From assembly GCA_044222185.1 (NCBI GenBank), contig JBGANV010000002.1, positions 868,711-932,710 on the forward strand: 64,000 nucleotides of DNA, given 5' to 3'. The notes beneath the pieces are model-generated. The model was given only the letters and a program-made list of their open reading frames with translations. It searched no databases and was not told the origin of the DNA. Shown here piece after piece: positions 47,353 through 55,761 of this stretch (positions are counted from its first letter, which is position 1; the number at the start of each line of letters is the position of its first letter). Source of the stretch: Planctomycetota bacterium (GTDB lineage: Bacteria; Planctomycetota; GCA-002687715; CAIWVZ01). The position numbers were made by a program, and so were the translations under genes.

Positions 47353-48186
47353 GTGAATCTCCAAGCCGCCCTCGATCAGTTCTTGATTCAGCTCCAAGCC
47401 GATGGCCGTTCCACGCACACGGTGGCGCAGTACCGGCGCTACGTCCGCGAATTCCAGGACTGGTGGGCGGGCGACGACGTCGGCGCGATCGGCCATCGCG
47501 ACATCGCGGCGTTCCTCGCCGCCCCGGAGACACGCGCAAGCCGGCGGGCCGTGACGATGAACGCGCTCCGCACATCGCTGCGCATGTTCTTCCGGTACCT
47601 GCACGAGGCGGGCGTCGTGGCGCAGAACCCGGCAAGGCTCGTTCGCCGCGCGTTGACCGGAGTGCCCATGCCCCGCACGCTCACGGACGACGAGCGGGAC
47701 CGATTCCTCGCGGCCGTCACCGTGCATCCGAGGGACCACCTCTTATTCAACCTGATGCTCTCGACGGGGATCCGGGTCGGATCTGCCGTGGCGCTGGACG
47801 TGGAGGACGTCGACATGGATCGCCGAGAGCTTCGGATCCGCACGGCGAAGGGCGATCGGCCCGAGGCGGTCTACCTCGGGTCCGCGATCGTGGATCACCT
47901 TCGCGGCTACCTCGGAGAACGCCGGAGCGGCCCGCTGTTCCCAGGTCGCGGATCTGATCGGCTCACGACGCGGCACGTTCGCCGACGGTTCGCAGCGTGG
48001 GGTCGGACGGCCGGGATCGCCCGTCGCGCCAGCCCCCACACGCTGCGGCACACGTTCGCGACGACGCTGCTCCGACGATGCGGGGATGTCACGGTCGTGC
48101 AGGCCGCGCTCCGGCATCGGAGCATCACGAGCACGTTGGTCTACGCCCGCGCGAGAGAGGATCAGGTGAAATCGGCGATGGCGTGA
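47353..48186 (+). CDS. XerC/XerD-like tyrosine recombinase
   Basis: S.HTV.QY, SLRMFFRYL, TGIRVG, AKG, SPHTLRHTFAT, LRH.SI.ST.VY. Confidence 0.9.
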   Translation: MNLQAALDQFLIQLQADGRSTHTVAQYRRYVREFQDWWAGDDVGAIGHRDIAAFLAAPETRASRRAVTMNALRTSLRMFFRYLHEAGVVAQNPARLVRRALTGVPMPRTLTDDERDRFLAAVTVHPRDHLLFNLMLSTGIRVGSAVALDVEDVDMDRRELRIRTAKGDRPEAVYLGSAIVDHLRGYLGERRSGPLFPGRGSDRLTTRHVRRRFAAWGRTAGIARRASPHTLRHTFATTLLRRCGDVTVVQAALRHRSITSTLVYARAREDQVKSAMA

Positions 48187-48244
48187 GGTCCAGGACGCTG
48201 AGCCGAAGATGAGCCAATACCGCTATTTGTTGTGTAGATTGCCG

Positions 48245-48272
48245 TATTTCCATACCTCAGGTTGTGTGCATC
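48245..48272. other. dif-like recombination site
   Basis: TATTTCCATAC-CTCAGG-TTGTGTGCATC, 11-6-11 layout resembling reverse-complement E. coli dif (ATTTAACATAA-TATACA-TTATGCGCACC), about 60 bp after the recombinase. Confidence 0.5.
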
Positions 48273-48368
48273 GGTCACCTGTGCTCAGATTTGAGCGGCT
48301 GGACGGGGATGGTCCCGAGACTCTCTCGGGAGGGCCCCGACGGTCAAATCACAGCCCGGAGACGTTAC

Positions 48369-48575
48369 GTGGCCAAGAAGCCCGAAAACCACAACAAGTC
48401 CTGGTCCGGTTCGGATGAGAAGCAGCTCCGACAGTTGGCCCGCGAGAATACACCTACGCGGGTGATGGGGCTCAAACTCGGACGGACACCGGCCGCGGTC
48501 TCCAACCACGCGAGCCAGATCGGAGTGTCGTTGAAGCCCACCAATCAATCGCCATATGGCCGCGCGAAGAGGTGA
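48369..48575 (+). CDS. Small Myb/GcrA-like HTH protein (KPTNQSPY C-terminus)
   Basis: W...DEKQLRQLA.ENTPTRVMGLKLGRT..AV...AS..G.SLKPTNQSPY; GGAG RBS. Confidence 0.7.
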   Translation: MAKKPENHNKSWSGSDEKQLRQLARENTPTRVMGLKLGRTPAAVSNHASQIGVSLKPTNQSPYGRAKR

Positions 48576-48635
48576 ACGACCCCGCACGATGCACGATCGC
48601 GTGTCGGCGCGCCGCGTGCCCGACGCGGCCGCAAG

Positions 48636-49727
48636 CTACGCGCGGGCCGAATCCTGCTTGTGTGACAATCGCGCGAACTCGTCCAGCGTGACGTCTTCAG
48701 GCGCGTCGCCGTTGCGGATCCACCAGAAGGTCCATCCGTTCGTCGCGGGACCACCCTCAGGGCTTCGCTCGCCCTCGAAGAACGGCTTCCGCGCCGCCGC
48801 GCCCGCCGCTGAAAGCGAGGGGTACACCTTTCCCTCGAAGCGAATGCGGGCGTCGTGAAGGATTGTCGCGACCAGCCGTCGACCGCGGTAATTCGCGACG
48901 ATCTCTGCTGGCGGTTGAATCCTGCCTGCGCGAATGAGGTCTTCCAGCGTCGCGCGCGGAGCATCGGCAGGCTTCGAGTCGATTAGCTTGACGATCTTCA
49001 ACTTTGGGGCCCGTTCGGATGCGGGTGCGCGGTCAACCGGCACCGGTGGGAACTCGATCGACACGCGCGCACGGCGCAACGCGGCTGCCACGTCCCTCGC
49101 GTCCAGTGTGTCCTTCGAGGACTCGACGATCAGATCGACGAGCCGTTTGCCGGGGCGGTCAGCGGCCAGCTCCCGCTCGAGGATCCGCTTCACCTGGGTC
49201 TCGACCGTGGTCGACTCCCACACACGATCGATGCGCTTGCCGGTCAATTCCGACTTCGAGAGGAGAGCGATCCAGTTGACGAAGTCATCGACGGGGCCGT
49301 CTGCGATCGACAGCTTGCGCAGGATTTTCTCCTCGAGCGGTACGGCCGCGTGCGCGTTGTAGACGTGGTACTCGATGCCGTTGGTGAGGACGGCCCAGGA
49401 GACACCGGACTGCGTGGCGTAGCTGACGAGCTGATTCGTCGCCTTGCCTGTCGTGAGATCCGATGCGAGGGCCTTCGCCTCGACGAAGAGGACGGGCTCG
49501 TTGCGGATCATGAGCGCGAAGTCGACCGGGTTCTCGGATCCGCGGCGGCGGTACTCATACTGGACTTCGTCCGTGTTCGACGTGTCCCACCCGAGCGCGT
49601 CGAGTAGCGGCACGATCAATGCGGCCTTCGTGGCCTCCTCGTTGACGGCGCGCGCGGCTCGAAGCTTTGCGGCCTTGGCGCGGAGTGCTTCTACGCGTGA
49701 TCTGAGCAGTATGCGCGACGATGCCAT
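48636..49727 (-). CDS. HsdR_N-type PD-(D/E)xK nuclease fused to RAMA domain
   Basis: NEEATK..LI.PLL.ALGW, VDFAL, VEAK, Q..SYA, LTNG; C-terminal TLEDLIRAG...Y.SLSAAG...NGWTFW. Confidence 0.78.
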   Translation of the reverse strand: MASSRILLRSRVEALRAKAAKLRAARAVNEEATKAALIVPLLDALGWDTSNTDEVQYEYRRRGSENPVDFALMIRNEPVLFVEAKALASDLTTGKATNQLVSYATQSGVSWAVLTNGIEYHVYNAHAAVPLEEKILRKLSIADGPVDDFVNWIALLSKSELTGKRIDRVWESTTVETQVKRILERELAADRPGKRLVDLIVESSKDTLDARDVAAALRRARVSIEFPPVPVDRAPASERAPKLKIVKLIDSKPADAPRATLEDLIRAGRIQPPAEIVANYRGRRLVATILHDARIRFEGKVYPSLSAAGAAARKPFFEGERSPEGGPATNGWTFWWIRNGDAPEDVTLDEFARLSHKQDSARA

Positions 49728-50255
49728 CGAGGTTCCTTTCGCATCGGGGCCGCCCGTGCGCGGGGATCCTACACGATGGAATCCGTTTGGCCCGCGGCGC
49801 GTCGATCGGGATCCTGGACGGATTCAGGTGCGGTCATCGCGCGCGAAATCGAACGCTGCCGGGGATAGATTTCAGGCGTAGAGAGGAAGGAGGGAGTTTT
49901 ACGTGTAGAGACACACAACCCGGCTGCGTTCGTTGAGTTCGGTCTGGCCCGCTCGGCCCACGCGACATTCTCTTGCGAAGTTCGCTCGCCGTCAACCGAG
50001 GTGGCTTGGAGGCGCCGCAAACGTCGTAGGCTCGAGATGCTCCAGGGCGATGTGTCCGGTGAGCTTGCACATGCGCTTGTTTCGCCCCCGCCGCAACAGG
50101 AACGACCGAGGCCGTTCCAGTCTCCCGCGGGCGTTGCGAAACAGGGGTGGCGACGAAGTTGACAACTCGGCGGTCGTTGGTCCAAAATCGGTCGCTCAGA
50201 ATGATCCTCCGGCGGAAGTGATGGGAGCGATGTCCCGAAGAATCTCGAATCCGGC

Positions 50256-53200
50256 TTGGCGCGAAAGCGTTCGACTTCCCGTCCACTCGACGACGCCAAC
50301 GCGGAATCAGAGAGCTCGATGACCGCCGAGGACCCAGGCGTCATCTCGCTGGCCGACGCGCGAGAACGGATGGTGCGTGCGTTCCGCTTCCTCGCGGAGG
50401 CTGCGCGCCGCCGGGAACCGCAGCGGCTCACGTGGCGCGATTACGAATGGAGCCTGCCGTTGTGGGAACTGCCGGACCATCCGGTGATTGAGAGACTGTT
50501 CTTGGACCCGGAGTCGGCGGTCTTCCTCCGTGTCGGACGCGCGGACGAGATTCCTTGCCCACCGCCTCCCCCGGAACTCCGCGATTGGCTTCGCGGCGGG
50601 TGGGAGAGTCCGAGCACTCGCGACCCGTCAGTGCTTCCGATTCGCGTTGAGCGTCTTCGGGTCGGAGAGGGTGAGGCGAACAACGGGGCGCCGCCATCCG
50701 GCTGGCCTGCTGCCTCCGCGGACGGATGGCACGAGAAGTTCGGCGAGGTGAGATTCGATACCGACCCTGCTCGGATCGCGGCCCTCGCCGAGTGGTCGAC
50801 TGTTCGATCAACCTGGCGTGAGACCGCGCATCCGGCATGGGCGGCCCGCCAGCTCTTCGAGCGACTGTTCGCGCTGAAAGGGCGCTTCGACCGCGAGTCC
50901 GAACGAACGACACTATTCTTGGGATTCGGCCTGCTGCGAGTGTCCGCTCCCGCCGGAAAGGTCGACCATCCGTTGCTCGTCCAACGCTGCGAACTGCGCT
51001 TCGACCCTCGCGTCCCGCACTTCGAGATAGTGTCGTCCGACGAACCAGTTGCGTTGGCGACGGCGCAGCTCCGCGATCTCGGAGTGGACGGTCGTGCGCT
51101 GGCGAACCTTCGGTCAGCCGTCAGCTCGAAACTGATGAAGGTCGGCGATTCCGAGTCACGAGCTTTTCTCTTGGACGCTGCGCACACCCTGTTCGCCGAC
51201 GCCCGAGTGCTCTCGCGTGACGAGGTGAAGGCGGCGCAGCCGGATTCCACTCCGATCGTCGTCGAGCAACTCGTCGCATTCGCTTCGAGCCGGAGTGGCC
51301 GCGTTCGGGACGCCATGGACGAAATGGCTGAACGCCTCTCCATCGCCGCGTCGCTGCCAGGACCGCTGCAGGCGCTGCTCCTCGCCGCCACCGTCGAGGA
51401 CGATCCATCGAGAATCACCCCGACCGACGACCATCCATCCGGTGGTCCAGCCGGCCAGTCACTGGCGAGCGGCGTGCCGCAGGCGCAATCGACTTCGTGG
51501 TTCGGTAACCCGCTCTTCACGAAGCCCGCGAATAACGAGCAGGCTGAGATCGTCGCGGCGATGGTCGAGCATGGCGCGGTGGCGGTTCAGGGGCCTCCCG
51601 GTACCGGCAAGACGCACACGATTGCGAACCTCATCGGGCACTTGTTGGCAATCGGGAAGTCGGTGCTCGTCACGAGTCACTCAACGAAGGCGCTTCGAGT
51701 ACTTCGAACGCAGGTTGTGCCGGAACTCCGACCCCTGTGCGTCAGCGTGCTCGATCGAGACGCCGAAAACACAGCGCAACTCGAGGAGTCGGTGAAGGGG
51801 ATCGTCTCGTACCTGTCGATCCCCGCGTCGACGTACAGCCGCGACGCGGAAGCCCTCACACAGCGGCGTGCGAGTCTGCTCGGCAAGATCGACGAAGTCG
51901 ATCGAAAACTGCTCACCGCCGTCCGAGCGCAGTACGACCCCCTCGTTCTCGATGGACGATCGTGGACTCCATCCGAGGCGGCGCGCATCGTCTCCGCAGA
52001 GCGTCGTCACGCGGCGTGGATTCCCGGGCCGTTGGAGCCTGGCGCCGGCCTCCCGCTTGCCGAAGCGGAGGTGATGCGTCTCTACCGATCGAACGCGGAG
52101 CTTCCCACCGCGGTTGAGGCCCTTCTCCGGTCCCGCCTCCCCGACATCAAAGCGCTCCCGAGTGTCGACGAGTTCAACGCAGCCGTCGAACGGCTTCGGC
52201 GCTGCCGCGAGGCTGTGTCGGTGCACGATTCGGGGGTCTGGACCAAGGTCACCTGTGAACGCGCGGCTGCGACACGCGCTCTCGAAGTCGTGGAGGCGGC
52301 GTTCGCGCTGATCGACGATGACGCAGGCTACGTCGCGCTTGTCGATGAGTCCTGGCGGGACGGGCCGCGGGCACAGGTGTGGCGTGAGTTCGCCGCGTAC
52401 CTCGAGAACACAGCAGCGGAGATCGAGGAACTTGAGGCTGCGATCGCCATTCAGGCGCCAACCTATGAAGGCCCCTGGCCCGTGAATCGCAGGCGCGACG
52501 TCGTCGCGGAGATCATCGTTCACCTCTCCGCAGGAAAGAGCCTTGGTCGGCTCGCATTGGCCCTCCATCGGGATTGGAAGGAGCTCATTTCTTCGTCCAT
52601 CGTCGCGGACCAGCCCCCGTCCACTCTCGAGGACTTCCAGGCCCTCGACGTGGCGTTTGACATCGAGGCGCGGCGCTCAGAACTCCTCCGCAGATGGCGC
52701 GTTCAGGCCGACGTCCTCGGATGGGCCACAGCGGAGGAACTGGGCGCACGCCCGGAGCAGAGTGCCGAGCAGTGGGCACAACGCATCGCCGCAGCAATCC
52801 AGTGGCGTGAACAAGCCTGGAATCCTGTTGCCGAGGCATTCGCTGAACTCGGATTTGATTGGAAGAAGTCACTCCTGACGGTGGCGCCCCGTCCGGGCCC
52901 GGAGGTCCTGCGACTCAGGGATGCCGCGATCGAACGCTGGCCGGTCCTGATCGAAGCGAAGCTGTCCACGAATGAGCTGGCGGCGACGCAGGATCGAGTC
53001 CGACGCTGGCAGTCGGCTCTCCTTGCCGCGGACCAGACGGACGCCGTCCAACGCGTTGCAGATGCCGTGCGCCGAGAGGACCTCGACAATTACGCGGTCT
53101 CGTACGCGATCTTGGTCGACGTCATCGGCCGTCAAGCTCTCAAACAGGATCGAGAGGTCCTCCTCACTCGTCTCGAATGCGCCGCACCGGCGTGGGCTGG

Positions 53201-55235
53201 AGCCGTTCGATCACGACTCTCTCCGCACGATCGATCCGAGCCGCCTGAGAGAGACGTTGCCGCGTGCTGGAGAGTGCGGCAACTCGAGGAAGAGCTCCGG
53301 CGCCGCGAAGACTTGGATCCCGCGCAGCTTCAGTCCGACCTCACCGGCCTCCGGGAGGACTTGCTCGAAACAACGCGGCGTCTCGCCAAGGCGCTCGCGT
53401 GGGGGCACCAGCACAAGCGAGTGAGCCCGCAGATGCAGGCTGCGCTCACAGGCTGGTACAAGACGGTCACGACGCGCGGGTTCAACACCGGCAAGAGAGC
53501 GGTGGAACTGCAGTCGAACGCCCGACGGCTGCTCGCGGACGCGCGGCCGGCGGTTCCGGTGTGGATCATGCCGCTCTCGCGAGTCTATGAATCCTACAGC
53601 TTCCGCGACGCAAGTTTCGACGTCGTTATCGTCGACGAGTCCAGCCAGTGCGACTTCTTTGGCCTCGCCGCAGTGGGCCTCGCGAAACAGGTGATCATCG
53701 TCGGCGATGACAAGCAGGTGAGCCCGGCGGCCGTCGGTGAAGGTCTCGACTGGGTCGCAACTCTCATCGGCGAGTACCTCCACGGGATCGCGAATAGCCA
53801 CCTCTACACTGGTCGGATCTCGTTGTATGACATCGCGATGTTCGGTCTGCGGCGGACGATCCGATTGACAGAGCACTTCCGCTCCGTGGCCGAGATCATC
53901 CAATTCAGCAATCGGCTGAGCTACGCGGGCGAGATCAAGCCGTTGCGCGAATCGAACGCTGTCGCGACGCGACCGTTCACGGTCGCCCAGCAAGTTCGGG
54001 ACGGGCGCCGGGTAGACGGCGCGAAGGTGAACCATCGCGAGGCCGACGAGATCGCATCATTGATTTCGGCGGTGTGTGAGCAGCCCGAGTACTCCGGTCG
54101 GTCGATCGGCGTCATAAGCATGGTGGGCGACGAGCAAGCCATGCTCGTGGAGGAGAAGTTGCGAAAGCGCCTGAGCCCGACCGACTATGAGACGCGCCGA
54201 GTCCTGTGCGGCGCCGCGGCTCACTTCCAGGGCGACGAACGCGACATCGTGTTCCTGTCGCTCGTCGACGACGGTTTGGACGGCCCGCTCCGCAACAACG
54301 CAACGAACGAGGATTTGCAGAAGCGGTACAACGTTGCCGCGAGCCGCGCGCGAGACCAACTGTGGGTCGTTCACTCAATGGACCCGGACGTCGACTTGAA
54401 GGGGGACGACCTGCGGCGCCGGCTGATCCTGCACGCTCGCGACCCCCACGCCGCCTCCGCCGAGGCCGCGGACGCGAAGGCCAGAGCAGAATCTGAATTC
54501 GAGCGGATGGTCATCGGCCGGCTCGTCGAGAATGGGTACCGCGTGCGGCCGCAGTGGCAGGTCGGAGCGTTTCGGATCGACATCGTCGTCGTCGGCGCAG
54601 AGGAGCAGAAGATCGCGATCGAATGCGATGGAGACCGGTTCCATCCGCCGGAAAACTTGCCCGCGGATCTCGCGCGACAACGCATCCTCGAGCGCCTTGG
54701 ATGGCGGTTCATCCGAGTCCGGGGGTCGGAGTTCTTTCGTGCGCCCGACGAAACGATGGCACGCCTGAGATCACGACTCGCGGGTCTGGGAATTCAGCCA
54801 ATCGGCCCAGCGGTGGTAGGGGCTGAGGAAGGTGATCCACTCCTTGACCGCGTCCGGCGGCGCGCCCAAGAGATCCTTCGACATTGGACCGAAATGGAGG
54901 CCGCGGCGGCTATCTCGGTCGAGGACTCTACCGGAGACGGCGAGAGGAGTCCGGTCGAAGCGGAAGATCTCGACTCGTTCGCGCCACCCGAGGGGAACGG
55001 ATCGCAGCTCGCCAATCGACCCCCTGTGATCGACGACGTGAACGACGCGGTGGCGGTGATCCAGCGTTGCCTCGGGGCGGCGTCATTCCCGCTCGGCCGG
55101 GCTCAGATTCTTCGCATCACGGGTGTGACCGAAGCAACCTGGACCGTCGCGATCAAGAAGCTCGTCGAGTCCGGCGACGTCCTGAAGGAGGGTGAAAGGC
55201 GGGGAACGCTTTACCGCGCTGCCCGCTCACGATGA
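50256..55235 (+). CDS. Large DNA2/NAM7-type SF1 helicase with Vsr/MTES_1575-like endonuclease and C-terminal wHTH (Hhe-like defence protein)
   Basis: QGPPGTGKT, VDESSQ, VGDDKQ, LTEHFRS, FQGDERD, NVAASRAR; SEFE..PQW..G.FRID..AIECDG..H..RQ..LERLGW; start may be ATG 50319. Confidence 0.85.
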   Translation: MARKRSTSRPLDDANAESESSMTAEDPGVISLADARERMVRAFRFLAEAARRREPQRLTWRDYEWSLPLWELPDHPVIERLFLDPESAVFLRVGRADEIPCPPPPPELRDWLRGGWESPSTRDPSVLPIRVERLRVGEGEANNGAPPSGWPAASADGWHEKFGEVRFDTDPARIAALAEWSTVRSTWRETAHPAWAARQLFERLFALKGRFDRESERTTLFLGFGLLRVSAPAGKVDHPLLVQRCELRFDPRVPHFEIVSSDEPVALATAQLRDLGVDGRALANLRSAVSSKLMKVGDSESRAFLLDAAHTLFADARVLSRDEVKAAQPDSTPIVVEQLVAFASSRSGRVRDAMDEMAERLSIAASLPGPLQALLLAATVEDDPSRITPTDDHPSGGPAGQSLASGVPQAQSTSWFGNPLFTKPANNEQAEIVAAMVEHGAVAVQGPPGTGKTHTIANLIGHLLAIGKSVLVTSHSTKALRVLRTQVVPELRPLCVSVLDRDAENTAQLEESVKGIVSYLSIPASTYSRDAEALTQRRASLLGKIDEVDRKLLTAVRAQYDPLVLDGRSWTPSEAARIVSAERRHAAWIPGPLEPGAGLPLAEAEVMRLYRSNAELPTAVEALLRSRLPDIKALPSVDEFNAAVERLRRCREAVSVHDSGVWTKVTCERAAATRALEVVEAAFALIDDDAGYVALVDESWRDGPRAQVWREFAAYLENTAAEIEELEAAIAIQAPTYEGPWPVNRRRDVVAEIIVHLSAGKSLGRLALALHRDWKELISSSIVADQPPSTLEDFQALDVAFDIEARRSELLRRWRVQADVLGWATAEELGARPEQSAEQWAQRIAAAIQWREQAWNPVAEAFAELGFDWKKSLLTVAPRPGPEVLRLRDAAIERWPVLIEAKLSTNELAATQDRVRRWQSALLAADQTDAVQRVADAVRREDLDNYAVSYAILVDVIGRQALKQDREVLLTRLECAAPAWAGAVRSRLSPHDRSEPPERDVAACWRVRQLEEELRRREDLDPAQLQSDLTGLREDLLETTRRLAKALAWGHQHKRVSPQMQAALTGWYKTVTTRGFNTGKRAVELQSNARRLLADARPAVPVWIMPLSRVYESYSFRDASFDVVIVDESSQCDFFGLAAVGLAKQVIIVGDDKQVSPAAVGEGLDWVATLIGEYLHGIANSHLYTGRISLYDIAMFGLRRTIRLTEHFRSVAEIIQFSNRLSYAGEIKPLRESNAVATRPFTVAQQVRDGRRVDGAKVNHREADEIASLISAVCEQPEYSGRSIGVISMVGDEQAMLVEEKLRKRLSPTDYETRRVLCGAAAHFQGDERDIVFLSLVDDGLDGPLRNNATNEDLQKRYNVAASRARDQLWVVHSMDPDVDLKGDDLRRRLILHARDPHAASAEAADAKARAESEFERMVIGRLVENGYRVRPQWQVGAFRIDIVVVGAEEQKIAIECDGDRFHPPENLPADLARQRILERLGWRFIRVRGSEFFRAPDETMARLRSRLAGLGIQPIGPAVVGAEEGDPLLDRVRRRAQEILRHWTEMEAAAAISVEDSTGDGERSPVEAEDLDSFAPPEGNGSQLANRPPVIDDVNDAVAVIQRCLGAASFPLGRAQILRITGVTEATWTVAIKKLVESGDVLKEGERRGTLYRAARSR

Positions 55236-55250
55236 ATTGAGGTCGGCATC

Positions 55251-55725
55251 CGCCGTCGACGCAGAGGTCGTCGATACAGCGCCCGTCGTGGACAGGCCGG
55301 ATACCGCCCACCCCCAACGCGCCGGCCATGCCCAGCCCTCCGATGCCTCCGTCGGTGCGCGGATGCAGTCTCGTGAGCGCTCCGGTGAGGGGGCAGTAGA
55401 AGCGGTCCTTGGCCCAGACCAAGTCGTGGGGGGAGAGGAGATCGGCCCTGTTGGATCGCGACGCCCTTCTCAGTGTAAACTCACGCGCACCACGGCCGAG
55501 CTGGATGAGTCGTGGGAAGCGGGAGACCATGTGGAGAACCGGGAACGAACTCAGCAGCGTGCCGTGGCGGACGCCGTGTACGAAGTCCAATGCGACGGTG
55601 CTCGGCGCATCGCCACCCGCAACGCCATCTTCACGACAATGGAGTCGTTCAAGCTCATCACCGTGACCCGAGGCGACGCCCGCCAGCAAGGCCCTCAGGG
55701 GTGACATCATTACGTGGAGACTACA
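55251..55725 (+). repeat. Repeat copy 1 (long form, ends in IS-end-like motif)
   Basis: Homologous to 59932-60350, 62741-62887 and 63953-64000; ends GGGGTGACATCATTACGTGGAGACTACA. Confidence 0.85.
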
Positions 55726-55761
55726 GTCGTGGACGACCGAGACTTTTCAGGAAGGTAGACC

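Noticed and set aside
55490-55516. CTGGATGAG as a hammerhead ribozyme core
   Set aside because: Does not match CUGAnGA, and there is no GAAA or three-stem arrangement
55192-55704. 170-aa ORF spanning repeat copy 1 as a real gene
   Set aside because: The reading frame is not conserved among repeat copies (frameshifts); treated as a decayed element
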